Under the pieces are notes generated by a model. It saw only the letters and a list, made by a program, of their open reading frames with translations. It did not search any database and was not told where the DNA came from. Position numbers and translations under genes: made by a program. From the NCBI RefSeq assembly GCF_009914755.1, contig NC_060947.1: a stretch of DNA of 64,000 nucleotides, one strand, 5' to 3'. Of the stretch, positions 40,901 through 55,900 are shown piece by piece (the stretch's first letter is position 1; each line of letters opens with the position of its first letter). Origin of the DNA: the human T2T-CHM13v2.0 reference genome, Homo sapiens.

Positions 40901-43900
40901 GTAGTTTCCGAGAATGCTTCTGTTTAGTTTTTATGTGAAGATGATCCCGTTTCCAGTGAAATCTTCAAAGAGGTCCACATATCCCCTTGCAGATTCCAAA
41001 GAAAGAGGGTTTCAAAACTGCTCCATCAGAAGGATTGTTCAACTCTGTGAGTTGAATGCAGTCATCGCAGAAAACTTTCTGAGAATGCTTCTGTCTAGGT
41101 TTGATGTGAAGATATAGATGTTTCAAACGAAGGCTACAAAGTGGTCAAAATATACACTTGCAGATTCTACTACAAGGGTGTTGCAAACCTGAACTATCAA
41201 AGGAAGGTTCAACTCTGTGAGTTGAATACAAACATCACAAAGAATGTTCTGAGTTTGCTTCCGTTCAGTTATGGGAAGTTGATCCCGTTTCCAACGAAAT
41301 CCTCAGAGAGGTCCAAATATCCCCTTGCAGATTCTACAAAACGTGTGTTTGGAAACTGCTCCATCGTAACGAATGTTCAGCTCCCTGAGTTAAACTCCAT
41401 CGTCACAAAGAATTTTCTGAGAGTGCTACCGTCTGGTTTTTATATGAAGTTCTTTCCTTCACTACCACAGGCCTCAAAGCGGTCCAAATCTCCACTTGCA
41501 GATTCTACAAAAAGAGTGTTTGCAAACTGCTCTATCAAAAGGAATGTTCAACTCTGGGAGTTGAATGCAATCATCACAGAGCAGTTTCTGAGAATGCTTC
41601 TATGTCGTTTTTAGGAGAAGATATTTCCTTTTCCAACACAGTCCTCCAAGCCCGCTAAATAGCCACTTGCACATTGTAGAAAAAGTGTGTCAAAGCTGCG
41701 CTATCAAAGGGAAAGTTCAACTCTGTGAGGTGAATGCAAACATCCCAAAGAAGTTTCTGAGAATGCTTCCGTTTAGCTTTTAGGTGAAGATTATCCCGTT
41801 TCCAACGAAACCTTCAAAGAGGTCCAAATATCCCCTTGCGGATCCCACAGAAAGAGTGTTTCGAAACTGCTGTTTCAAAAGGAATCTTCAACTCTGTGAG
41901 TTGAATGCAATCATCACAAAGAAGTTTCTGACAATGCTTCTCTCTCGTCTTTCTGTGAAGATAAAGGAAAAGGCTTTCAGGCCTTTTCCACCACAGGCCT
42001 GAAAGCGCTCCAAATGTCCACTTGCAGATTCTGCCAAAAGAATATTTCAAAACTGCTCTATGAAAAGCAATGTTAAACTCTGTGGCTGGAACACAAACAT
42101 CACAAAGCGGTTTCTGAGAATGTTTCAGTTTAGTTTTTCTGTGGAAATATTCCCGTTTCCAAAGAAATCTTCAAAGAGGTCCACGTATCCACTTACAGAT
42201 TCTACAAAAAGACAGTTTCAAAACTGCTCCATCAAAAGGAGGGTTCAACTGTGTGACTTGAATGCAATCATCACTCAGAAGTTTCTGAGAATGCTTCTCT
42301 TTAGTTTTTACGTGAACATATACCCGTTTCGAACGAAGGCCACCCAGTGGTCCAAATATCCACTTGCAGATTATACAGAAAGAGTGTTTCGAACCTGAAC
42401 TCTCAAAGGCAGGTTCATCTCTGCGAGTTAAATGCATTCATCATGAAGAACTTTCTCAGAGTGTTTGCGTTTAGTTATGGGAAATTATTCCCGTTTCCAA
42501 CGAAATCCTCAGAGAGCTCCAAATATCCACCTGCAGATTCTACCAAAAGTGTATTTGGAAACTGCTCCATCAAAAGGCATGTTCAGCTCTGTCAGTGAAA
42601 CTCCATCATCACAAAGAATATTCTGAGAATGCTTCCGTTTGCCTTTTATATGAAGTTCCTTCCTGTACTACCGTAGGCCTCAAAGCAGTCCAAATCTCCA
42701 TTTGCAGATTCTACAAAAAGAGTGATTCCAATCTGCTCTATCAATAGGATTGTTCAACTCCATGAGTTGAATGCCATCCTCACAAAGTAGTTTCTGAGAA
42801 TGCTTCTATCTGGTTTTTGTGTGAAGATATTTCCTTTTCCACCACAGGCCTCAAAGCCCTCCAAACGTCCACTTGCAGATTCTCGAAAAAGAGTGTTTCA
42901 TAGCTGCTCTTTCAAAAGGAAAGTTCAACTCTGGGAGTTGAATACAAACATCACAAAATAGTTTCCGAGAATGCTTCTGTTTAGTTTTTATGTGAAGATG
43001 ATCCCGTTTCCAGTGAAATCTTCAAAGAGGTCCACATATCCCCTTGCAGATTCCAAAGAAAGAGGGTTTAAAAACTGCTCCATCAGAAGGATTGTTCAAC
43101 TCTGTGAGTTGAATGCAGTCATCGCAGAAAACTTTCTGAGAATGCTTCTGTCTAGGTTTGATGTGAAGATATAGACGTTTCAAACGAAGGCTACAAAGTG
43201 GTCAAAATATACACTTGCAGATTCTACTACAAGGGTGTTGCAAACCTGAACTATCAAAGGAAGGTTCAACTCTGTGAATTGAATACAAACATCACAAAGA
43301 ATGTTCTGAGTTTGCTTCCGTTCAGTTATGGGAAGTTGATCCCGTTTCCAACGAAATCCTCAGAGAGGTCCAAATATCCCCTCGCAGATTCTACAAAACG
43401 TGTGTTTGGAAACTGCTCCATCATAACGAATGTTCAGCTCCCTGAGTTAAACTCCATCGTCACAAAGAATTTTCTGAGAGTGCTACCGTCTGGTTTTTAT
43501 ATGAAGTTCTTTCCTTCACTACCACAGGCCTCAAAGCGGTCCAAATCTCCACTTGCAGATTCTACAAAAAGAGTGTTTGCAAACTGCTCTATCAAAAGGA
43601 ATGTTCAACTCTGGGAGTTGAATGCAATCATCACAGAGCAGTTTCTGAGAATGCTTCTATGTCGTTTTTAGGAGAAGATATTTCCTTTTCCAACACAGTC
43701 CTCCAAGCCCGCTAAATAGCCACTTGCACATTGTAGAAAAAGTGTGTCAAAGCTGCGCTATCAAAGGGAAAGTTCAACTCTGTGAGGTGAATGCAAACAT
43801 CCCAAAGAAGTTTCTGAGAATGCTTCCGTTTAGCTTTTAGGTGAAGATTATCCCGTTTCCAACGAAACCTTCAAAGAGGTCCAAATATCCCCTTGCGGAT

Positions 43901-46900
43901 CCCACAGAAAGAGTGTTTCGAAACTGCTGTTTCAAAAGGAATCTTCAACTCTGTGAGTTGAATGCAATCATCACAAAGAAGTTTCTGACAATGCTTCTCT
44001 CTCGTCTTTCTGTGAAGATAAAGGAAAAGGCTTTCAGGCCTTTTCCACCACAGGCCTGAAAGCGCTCCAAATGTCCACTTGCAGATTCTGCCAAAAGAAT
44101 ATTTCAAAACTGCTCTATGAAAAGCAATGTTAAACTCTGTGGCTGGAACACAAACATCACAAAGCGGTTTCTGAGAATGTTTCAGTTTAGTTTTTCTGTG
44201 GAAATATTCCCGTTTCCAAAGAAATCTTCAAAGAGGTCCACGTATCCACTTACAGATTCTACAAAAAGACAGTTTCAAAACTGCTCCATCAAAAGGAGGG
44301 TTCAACTGTGTGACTTGAATGCAATCATCACTCAGAAGTTTCTGAGAATGCTTCTCTTTAGTTTTTACGTGAACATATACCCGTTTCGAACGAAGGCCAC
44401 CCAGTGGTCCAAATATCCACTTGCAGATTATACAGAAAGAGTGTTTCGAACCTGAACTCTCAAAGGCAGGTTCATCTCTGCGAGTTAAATGCATTCATCA
44501 TGAAGAACTTTCTCAGAGTGTTTGCGTTTAGTTATGGGAAATTATTCCCGTTTCCAACGAAATCCTCAGAGAGCTCCAAATATCCACCTGCAGATTCTAC
44601 CAAAAGTGTATTTGGAAACTGCTCCATCAAAAGGCATGTTCAGCTCTGTCAGTGAAACTCCATCATCACAAAGAATATTCTGAGAATGCTTCCGTTTGCC
44701 TTTTATATGAAGTTCCTTCCTGTACTACCGTAGGCCTCAAAGCAGTCCAAATCTCCATTTGCAGATTCTACAAAAAGAGTGATTCCAATCTGCTCTATCA
44801 ATAGGATTGTTCAACTCCATGAGTTGAATGCCATCCTCACAAAGTCGTTTCTGAGAATGCTTCTATCTGGTTTTTGTGTGAAGATATTTCCTTTTCCACC
44901 ACAGGCCTCAAAGCCCTCCAAACGTCCACTTGCAGATTCTCGAAAAAGAGTGTTTCATAGCTGCTCTTTCAAAAGGAAAGTTCAACTCTGGGAGTTGAAT
45001 ACAAACATCACAAAATAGTTTCCGAGAATGCTTCTGTTTAGTTTTTATGTGAAGATGATCCCGTTTCCAGTGAAATCTTCAAAGAGGTCCACATATCCCC
45101 TTGCAGATTCCAAAGAAAGAGGGTTTAAAAACTGCTCCATCAGAAGGATTGTTCAACTCTGTGAGTTGAATGCAGTCATCGCAGAAAACTTTCTGAGAAT
45201 GCTTCTGTCTAGGTTTGATGTGAAGATATAGACGTTTCAAACGAAGGCTACAAAGTGGTCAAAATATACACTTGCAGATTCTACTACAAGGGTGTTGCAA
45301 ACCTGAACTATCAAAGGAAGGTTCAACTCTGTGAATTGAATACAAACATCACAAAGAATGTTCTGAGTTTGCTTCCGTTCAGTTATGGGAAGTTGATCCC
45401 GTTTCCAACGAAATCCTCAGAGAGGTCCAAATATCCCCTCGCAGATTCTACAAAACGTGTGTTTGGAAACTGCTCCATCATAACGAATGTTCAGCTCCCT
45501 GAGTTAAACTCCATCGTCACAAAGAATTTTCTGAGAGTGCTACCGTCTGGTTTTTATATGAAGTTCTTTCCTTCACTACCACAGGCCTCAAAGCGGTCCA
45601 AATCTCCACTTGCAGATTCTACAAAAAGAGTGTTTGCAAACTGCTCTATCAAAAGGAATGTTCAACTCTGGGAGTTGAATGCAATCATCACAGAGCAGTT
45701 TCTGAGAATGCTTCTATGTCGTTTTTAGGAGAAGATATTTCCTTTTCCAACACAGTCCTCCAAGCCCGCTAAATAGCCACTTGCACATTGTAGAAAAAGT
45801 GTGTCAAAGCTGCGCTATCAAAGGGAAAGTTCAACTCTGTGAGGTGAATGCAAACATCCCAAAGAAGTTTCTGAGAATGCTTCCGTTTAGCTTTTAGGTG
45901 AAGATTATCCCGTTTCCAACGAAACCTTCAAAGAGGTCCAAATATCCCCTTGCGGATCCCACAGAAAGAGTGTTTCGAAACTGCTGTTTCAAAAGGAATC
46001 TTCAACTCTGTGAGTTGAATGCAATCATCACAAAGAAGTTTCTGACAATGCTTCTCTCTCGTCTTTCTGTGAAGATAAAGGAAAAGGCTTTCAGGCCTTT
46101 TCCACCACAGGCCTGAAAGCGCTCCAAATGTCCACTTGCAGATTCTGCCAAAAGAATATTTCAAAACTGCTCTATGAAAAGCAATGTTAAACTCTGTGGC
46201 TGGAACACAAACATCACAAAGCGGTTTCTGAGAATGTTTCAGTTTAGTTTTTCTGTGGAAATATTCCCGTTTCCAAAGAAATCTTCAAAGAGGTCCACGT
46301 ATCCACTTACAGATTCTACAAAAAGACAGTTTCAAAACTGCTCCATCAAAAGGAGGGTTCAACTGTGTGACTTGAATGCAATCATCACTCAGAAGTTTCT
46401 GAGAATGCTTCTCTTTAGTTTTTACGTGAACATATACCCGTTTCGAACGAAGGCCACCCAGTGGTCCAAATATCCACTTGCAGATTATACAGAAAGAGTG
46501 TTTCGAACCTGAACTCTCAAAGGCAGGTTCATCTCTGCGAGTTAAATGCATTCATCATGAAGAACTTTCTCAGAGTGTTTGTGTTTAGTTATGGGAAATT
46601 ATTCCCGTTTCCAACGAAATCCTCAGAGAGCTCCAAATATCCACCTGCAGATTCTACCAAAAGTGTATTTGGAAACTGCTCCATCAAAAGGCATGTTCAG
46701 CTCTGTCAGTGAAGCTCCATCATCACAAAGAATATTCTGAGAATGCTTCCGTTTGCCTTTTATATGAAGTTCCTTCCTGTACTACCGTAGGCCTCAAAGC
46801 AGTCCAAATCTCCATTTGCAGATTCTACAAAAAGAGTGATTCCAATCTGCTCTATCAATAGGATTGTTCAACTCCATGAGTTGAATGCCATCCTCACAAA

Positions 46901-49900
46901 GTCGTTTCTGAGAATGCTTCTATCTAGTTTTTATGTGAAGATATTTCCTTTTCCACCACAGGCCTCAAAGCCCTCCAAACGTCCACTTGCAGATTCTCGA
47001 AAAAGAGTGTTTTATAGCTGCTCTTTCAAAAGGAAAGTTCAACTCTGGGAGTTGAATACAAACATCACAAAGTAGTTTCCGAGAATGCTTCTGTTTAGTT
47101 TTTATGTGAAGATGATCCCGTTTCCAGTGAAATCTTCAAAGAGGTCCACATATCCCCTTGCAGATTCCAAAGAAAGAGGGTTTCAAAACTGCTCCATCAG
47201 AAGGATTGTTCAACTCTGTGAGTTGAATGCAGTCATCGCAGAAAACTTTCTGAGAATGCTTCTGTCTAGGTTTGATGTGAAGATATAGATGTTTCAAACG
47301 AAGGCTACAAAGTGGTCAAAATATACACTTGCAGATTCTACTACAAGGGTGTTGCAAACCTGAACTATCAAAGGAAGGTTCAACTCTGTGAGTTGAATAC
47401 AAACATCACAAAGAATGTTCTGAGTTTGCTTCCGTTCAGTTATGGGAAGTTGATCCCGTTTCCAACGAAATCCTCAGAGAGGTCCAAATATCCCCTTGCA
47501 GATTCTACAAAACGTGTGTTTGGAAACTGCTCCATCGTAACGAATGTTCAGCTCCCTGAGTTAAACTCCATCGTCACAAAGAATTTTCTGAGAGTGCTAC
47601 CGTCTGGTTTTTATATGAAGTTCTTTCCTTCACTACCACAGGCCTCAAAGCGGTCCAAATCTCCACTTGCAGATTCTACAAAAAGAGTGTTTGCAAACTG
47701 CTCTATCAAAAGGAATGTTCAACTCTGGGAGTTGAATGCAATCATCACAGAGCAGTTTCTGAGAATGCTTCTATGTCGTTTTTAGGAGAAGATATTTCCT
47801 TTTCCAACACAGTCCTCCAAGCCCGCTAAATAGCCACTTGCACATTGTAGAAAAAGTGTGTCAAAGCTGCGCTATCAAAGGGAAAGTTCAACTCTGTGAG
47901 GTGAATGCAAACATCCCAAAGAAGTTTCTGAGAATGCTTCCGTTTAGCTTTTAGGTGAAGATTATCCCGTTTCCAACGAAACCTTCAAAGAGGTCCAAAT
48001 ATCCCCTTGCGGATCCCACAGAAAGAGTGTTTCGAAACTGCTGTTTCAAAAGGAATCTTCAACTCTGTGAGTTGAATGCAATCATCACAAAGAAGTTTCT
48101 GACAATGCTTCTCTCTCGTCTTTCTGTGAAGATAAAGGAAAAGGCTTTCAGGCCTTTGCCACCACAGGCCTGAAAGCGCTCCAAATGTCCACTTGCAGAT
48201 TCTGCCAAAAGAATATTTCAAAACTGCTCTATGAAAAGCAATGTTAAACTCTGCGGCTCGAACACAAACATCACAAAGCGGTTTCTGAGAATGCTTCAGT
48301 TTAGTTTTTCTGTGGAAATATTCCCGTTTCCAAAGAAATCTTCAAAGAGGTCCACGTATCCACTTACAGATTCTACAAAAAGACAGTTTCAAAACTGCTC
48401 CATCAAAAGGAGGGTTCAACTGTGTGACTTGAATGCAATCATCACTCAGAAGTTTCTGAGAATGCTTCTCTTTAGTTTTTACGTGAACATATACCCGTTT
48501 CGAACGAAGGCCACCCAGTGGTCCAAATATCCACTTGCAGATTCTACAGAAAGAGTGTTTCGAACCTGAACTCTCAAAGGCAGGTTCATCTCTGCGAGTT
48601 AAATGCATTCATCATGAAGAACTTTCTCAGAGTGTTTGTGCTTAGTTATGGGAAATTATTCCCGTTTCCAACGAAATCCTCAGAGTGGTCCAAATATCCA
48701 CCTGCAGATTCTACCAAAAGTGTATTTGGAAACTGCTCCATCAAAAGGCATGTTCAGCTCTGTGAGTGAAACTCCATCATCACAAAGAATATTCTGAGAA
48801 TGCTTCCGTTTGCCTTTTATCTGAAGTTCCTTCCTATACGACCGTAGGCCTCAAAGCAGTCCAAATCTCCATTTGCAGATTCTACAAAAAGAGTGATTCC
48901 AATCTGCTCTATCAATAGGATTGTTCAACTCCATGAGTTGAATGCCATCCTCACAAAGTCGTTTCTGAGAATGCTTCTATCTAGTTTTTATGTGAAGATA
49001 TTTCCTTTTCCACCACAGGCCTCAAAGCCCTCCAAACGTCCACTTGCAGATTCTCGAAAAAGAGTGTTTTATAGCTGCTCTTTCAAAAGGAAAGTTCAAC
49101 TCTGGGAGTTGAATACAAACATCACAAAATAGTTTCCGAGAATGCTTCAGTTTAGTTTTTATGTGAAGATGATCCCGTTTCCAGTGAAATCTTCAAAGAG
49201 GTCCACATATCCCCTTGCAGATTCCAAAGAAAGAGGGTTTCAAAACTGCTCCATCAGAAGGATTGTTCAACTCTGTGAGTTGAATGCAGTCATCGCAGAA
49301 AACTTTCTGAGAATGCTTCTGTCTAGGTTTGATGTGAAGATATAGACGTTTCAAACGAAGGCTACAAAGTGGTCAAAATATACACTTGCAGATTCTACTA
49401 CAAGGGTGTTGCAAACCTGAACTATCAAAGGAAGGTTCAACTCTGTGAGTTGAATACAAACATCACAAAGAATGTTCTGAGTTTGCTTCCGTTCAGTTAT
49501 GGGAAGTTGATCCCGTTTCCAACGAAATCCTCAGAGAGGTCCAAATATCCCCTCGCAGATTCTACAAAACATGTGTTTGGAAACTGCTCCATCATAACGA
49601 ATGTTCAGCTCCCTGAGTTAAACTCCATCGTCACAAAGAATTTTCTGAGAGTGCTACCGTCTGGTTTTTATATGAAGTTCTTTCCTTCACTACCACAGGC
49701 CTCAAAGCGGTCCAAATCTCCACTTGCAGATTCTACAAAAAGAGTGTTTGCAAACTGCTCTATCAAAAGGAATGTTCAACTCTGGGAGTTGAATGCAATC
49801 ATCACAGAGCAGTTTCTGAGAATGCTTCTATGTCGTTTTTAGGAGAAGATATTTCCTTTTCCAACGCAGTCCTCCAAGCCCGCTAAATAGCCACTTGCAC

Positions 49901-52900
49901 ATTGTAGAAAAAGTGTGTCAAAGCTGCGCTATCAAAGGGAAAGTTCAACTCTGTGAGGTGAATGCAAACATCCCAAAGAAGTTTCTGAGAATGCTTCCGT
50001 TTAGCTTTTAGGTGAAGATTATCCCGTTTCCAACGAAACCTTCAAAGAGGTCCAAATATCCCCTTGCGGATCCCACAGAAAGAGTGTTTCGAAACTGCTG
50101 TTTCAAAAGGAATCTTCAACTCTGTGAGTTGAATGCAATCATCACAAAGAAGTTTCTGACAATGCTTCTCTCTCGTCTTTCTGTGAAGATAAAGGAAAAG
50201 GCTTTCAGGCCTTTTCCACCACAGGCCTGAAAGCGCTCCAAATGTCCACTTGCAGATTCTGCCAAAAGAATATTTCAAAACTGCTCTATGAAAAGCAATG
50301 TTAAACTCTGTGGCTGGAACACAAACATCACAAAGCGGTTTCTGAGAATGTTTCAGTTTAGTTTTTCTGTGGAAATATTCCCGTTTCCAAAGAAATCTTC
50401 AAAGAGGTCCACGTATCCACTTACAGATTCTACAAAAAGACAGTTTCAAAACTGCTCCATCAAAAGGAGGGTTCAACTGTGTGACTTGAATGCAATCATC
50501 ACTCAGAAGTTTCTGAGAATGCTTCTCTTTAGTTTTTACGTGAACATATACCCGTTTCGAACGAAGGCCACCCAGTGGTCCAAATATCCACTTGCAGATT
50601 ATACAGAAAGAGTGTTTCGAACCTGAACTCTCAAAGGCAGGTTCATCTCTGCGAGTTAAATGCATTCATCATGAAGAACTTTCTCAGAGTGTTTGCGTTT
50701 AGTTATGGGAAATTATTCCCGTTTCCAACGAAATCCTCAGAGAGCTCCAAATATCCACCTGCAGATTCTACCAAAAGTGTATTTGGAAACTGCTCCATCA
50801 AAAGGCATGTTCAGCTCTGTCAGTGAAACTCCATCATCACAAAGAATATTCTGAGAATGCTTCCGTTTGCCTTTTATATGAAGTTCCTTCCTGTACTACC
50901 GTAGGCCTCAAAGCAGTCCAAATCTCCATTTGCAGATTCTACAAAAAGAGTGATTCCAATCTGCTCTATCAATAGGATTGTTCAACTCCATGAGTTGAAT
51001 GCCATCCTCACAAAGTCGTTTCTGAGAATGCTTCTATCTGGTTTTTGTGTGAAGATATTTCCTTTTCCACCACAGGCCTCAAAGCCCTCCAAACGTCCAC
51101 TTGCAGATTCTCGAAAAAGAGTGTTTCATAGCTGCTCTTTCAAAAGGAAAGTTCAACTCTGGGAGTTGAATACAAACATCACAAAATAGTTTCCGAGAAT
51201 GCTTCTGTTTAGTTTTTATGTGAAGATGATCCCGTTTCCAGTGAAATCTTCAAAGAGGTCCACATATCCCCTTGCAGATTCCAAAGAAAGAGGGTTTAAA
51301 AACTGCTCCATCAGAAGGATTGTTCAACTCTGTGAGTTGAATGCAGTCATCGCAGAAAACTTTCTGAGAATGCTTCTGTCTAGGTTTGATGTGAAGATAT
51401 AGACGTTTCAAACGAAGGCTACAAAGTGGTCAAAATATACACTTGCAGATTCTACTACAAGGGTGTTGCAAACCTGAACTATCAAAGGAAGGTTCAACTC
51501 TGTGAATTGAATACAAACATCACAAAGAATGTTCTGAGTTTGCTTCCGTTCAGTTATGGGAAGTTGATCCCGTTTCCAACGAAATCCTCAGAGAGGTCCA
51601 AATATCCCCTCGCAGATTCTACAAAACGTGTGTTTGGAAACTGCTCCATCATAACGAATGTTCAGCTCCCTGAGTTAAACTCCATCGTCACAAAGAATTT
51701 TCTGAGAGTGCTACCGTCTGGTTTTTATATGAAGTTCTTTCCTTCACTACCACAGGCCTCAAAGCGGTCCAAATCTCCACTTGCAGATTCTACAAAAAGA
51801 GTGTTTGCAAACTGCTCTATCAAAAGGAATGTTCAACTCTGGGAGTTGAATGCAATCATCACAGAGCAGTTTCTGAGAATGCTTCTATGTCGTTTTTAGG
51901 AGAAGATATTTCCTTTTCCAACACAGTCCTCCAAGCCCGCTAAATAGCCACTTGCACATTGTAGAAAAAGTGTGTCAAAGCTGCGCTATCAAAGGGAAAG
52001 TTCAACTCTGTGAGGTGAATGCAAACATCCCGAAGAAGTTTCTGAGAATGCTTCCGTTTAGCTTTTAGGTGAAGATTATCCCGTTTCCAACGAAACCTTC
52101 AAAGAGGTCCAAATATCCCCTTGCGGATCCCACAGAAAGAGTGTTTCGAAACTGCTGTTTCAAAAGGAATCTTCAACTCTGTGAGTTGAATGCAATCATC
52201 ACAAAGAAGTTTCTGACAATGCTTCTCTCTCGTCTTTCTGTGAAGATAAAGGAAAAGGCTTTCAGGCCTTTTCCACCACAGGCCTGAAAGCGCTCCAAAT
52301 GTCCACTTGCAGATTCTGCCAAAAGAATATTTCAAAACTGCTCTATGAAAAGCAATGTTAAACTCTGTGGCTGGAACACAAACATCACAAAGCGGTTTCT
52401 GAGAATGTTTCAGTTTAGTTTTTCTGTGGAAATATTCCCGTTTCCAAAGAAATCTTCAAAGAGGTCCACGTATCCACTTACAGATTCTACAAAAAGACAG
52501 TTTCAAAACTGCTCCATCAAAAGGAGGGTTCAACTGTGTGACTTGAATGCAATCATCACTCAGAAGTTTCTGAGAATGCTTCTCTTTAGTTTTTACGTGA
52601 ACATATACCCGTTTCGAACGAAGGCCACCCAGTGGTCCAAATATCCACTTGCAGATTATACAGAAAGAGTGTTTCGAACCTGAACTCTCAAAGGCAGGTT
52701 CATCTCTGCGAGTTAAATGCATTCATCATGAAGAACTTTCTCAGAGTGTTTGTGTTTAGTTATGGGAAATTATTCCCGTTTCCAACGAAATCCTCAGAGA
52801 GCTCCAAATATCCACCTGCAGATTCTACCAAAAGTGTATTTGGAAACTGCTCCATCAAAAGGCATGTTCAGCTCTGTCAGTGAAGCTCCATCATCACAAA

Positions 52901-55900
52901 GAATATTCTGAGAATGCTTCCGTTTGCCTTTTATATGAAGTTCCTTCCTGTACTACCGTAGGCCTCAAAGCAGTCCAAATCTCCATTTGCAGATTCTACA
53001 AAAAGAGTGATTCCAATCTGCTCTATCAATAGGATTGTTCAACTCCATGAGTTGAATGCCATCCTCACAAAGTCGTTTCTGAGAATGCTTCTATCTAGTT
53101 TTTATGTGAAGATATTTCCTTTTCCACCACAGGCCTCAAAGCCCTCCAAACGTCCACTTGCAGATTCTCGAAAAAGAGTGTTTTATAGCTGCTCTTTCAA
53201 AAGGAAAGTTCAACTCTGGGAGTTGAATACAAACATCACAAAGTAGTTTCCGAGAATGCTTCTGTTTAGTTTTTATGTGAAGATGATCCCGTTTCCAGTG
53301 AAATCTTCAAAGAGGTCCACATATCCCCTTGCAGATTCCAAAGAAAGAGGGTTTCAAAACTGCTCCATCAGAAGGATTGTTCAACTCTGTGAGTTGAATG
53401 CAGTCATCGCAGAAAACTTTCTGAGAATGCTTCTGTCTAGGTTTGATGTGAAGATATAGATGTTTCAAACGAAGGCTACAAAGTGGTCAAAATATACACT
53501 TGCAGATTCTACTACAAGGGTGTTGCAAACCTGAACTATCAAAGGAAGGTTCAACTCTGTGAGTTGAATACAAACATCACAAAGAATGTTCTGAGTTTGC
53601 TTCCGTTCAGTTATGGGAAGTTGATCCCGTTTCCAACGAAATCCTCAGAGAGGTCCAAATATCCCCTTGCAGATTCTACAAAACGTGTGTTTGGAAACTG
53701 CTCCATCGTAACGAATGTTCAGCTCCCTGAGTTAAACTCCATCGTCACAAAGAATTTTCTGAGAGTGCTACCGTCTGGTTTTTATATGAAGTTCTTTCCT
53801 TCACTACCACAGGCCTCAAAGCGGTCCAAATCTCCACTTGCAGATTCTACAAAAAGAGTGTTTGCAAACTGCTCTATCAAAAGGAATGTTCAACTCTGGG
53901 AGTTGAATGCAATCATCACAGAGCAGTTTCTGAGAATGCTTCTATGTCGTTTTTAGGAGAAGATATTTCCTTTTCCAACACAGTCCTCCAAGCCCGCTAA
54001 ATAGCCACTTGCACATTGTAGAAAAAGTGTGTCAAAGCTGCGCTATCAAAGGGAAAGTTCAACTCTGTGAGGTGAATGCAAACATCCCAAAGAAGTTTCT
54101 GAGAATGCTTCCGTTTAGCTTTTAGGTGAAGATTATCCCGTTTCCAACGAAACCTTCAAAGAGGTCCAAATATCCCCTTGCGGATCCCACAGAAAGAGTG
54201 TTTCGAAACTGCTGTTTCAAAAGGAATCTTCAACTCTGTGAGTTGAATGCAATCATCACAAAGAAGTTTCTGACAATGCTTCTCTCTCGTCTTTCTGTGA
54301 AGATAAAGGAAAAGGCTTTCAGGCCTTTGCCACCACAGGCCTGAAAGCGCTCCAAATGTCCACTTGCAGATTCTGCCAAAAGAATATTTCAAAACTGCTC
54401 TATGAAAAGCAATGTTAAACTCTGCGGCTCGAACACAAACATCACAAAGCGGTTTCTGAGAATGCTTCAGTTTAGTTTTTCTGTGGAAATATTCCCGTTT
54501 CCAAAGAAATCTTCAAAGAGGTCCACGTATCCACTTACAGATTCTACAAAAAGACAGTTTCAAAACTGCTCCATCAAAAGGAGGGTTCAACTGTGTGACT
54601 TGAATGCAATCATCACTCAGAAGTTTCTGAGAATGCTTCTCTTTAGTTTTTACGTGAACATATACCCGTTTCGAACGAAGGCCACCCAGTGGTCCAAATA
54701 TCCACTTGCAGATTCTACAGAAAGAGTGTTTCGAAACTGAACTCTCAAAGGCAGGTTCATCTCTGCGAGTTAAATGCATTCATCATGAAGAACTTTCTCA
54801 GCGTGTTTGTGTTTAGTTATGGGAAATTATTCCCGTTTCCAACGAAATCCTCAAAGAGCTCCAAATATCCACCTGCAGATTCTACCAAAAGTGTATTTGG
54901 AAACTGCTCCATCAAAAGGCATGTTCAGCTCTGTCAGTGAAACTCCATCATCACAAAGAATATTCTGAGAATGCTTCCGTTTGCCTTTTATATGAAGTTC
55001 CTTCCTGTACTACCGTAGGCCTCAAAGCAGTCCAAATCTCCATTTGCACATTCTACAAAAAGAGTGATTCCAATCTGCTGTATCAATAGGATTGTTCAAC
55101 TCCATGAGTTGAATGCCATCCTCACAAAGTCGTTTCTGAGAATGCTTCTATCTAGTTTTTATGTGAAGATATTTCCTTTTCCACCACAGGCCTCAAAGCC
55201 CTCCAAACGTCCACTTGCAGATTCTCGAAAAAGAGTGTTTCATAGCTGCTCTTTCAAAAGGAAAGTTCAACTCTGGGAGTTGAATACAAACATCACAAAA
55301 TAGTTTCCGAGAATGCTTCTGTTTAGTTTTTATGTGAAGATGATCCCGTTTCCAGTGAAATCTTCAAAGAGGTCCACATATCCCCTTGCAGATTCCAAAG
55401 AAAGAGGGTTTAAAAACTGCTCCATCAGAAGGATTGTTCAACTCTGTGAGTTGAATGCAGTCATCGCAGAAAACTTTCTGAGAATGCTTCTGTCTAGGTT
55501 TGATGTGAAGATATAGACGTTTCAAACGAAGGCTACAAAGTGGTCAAAATATACACTTGCAGATTCTACTACAAGGGTGTTGCAAACCTGAACTATCAAA
55601 GGAAGGTTCAACTCTGTGAATTGAATACAAACATCACAAAGAATGTTCTGAGTTTGCTTCCGTTCAGTTATGGGAAGTTGATCCCGTTTCCAACGAAATC
55701 CTCAGAGAGGTCCAAATATCCCCTCGCAGATTCTACAAAACGTGTGTTTGGAAACTGCTCCATCAAAACGAATGTTCAGCTCCCTGAGTTAAACTCCATC
55801 GTCACAAAGAATTTTCTGAGAGTGCTACCGTCTGGTTTTTATATGAAGTTCTTTCCTTCACTACCACAGGCCTCAAAGCGGTCCAAATCTCCACTTGCAG

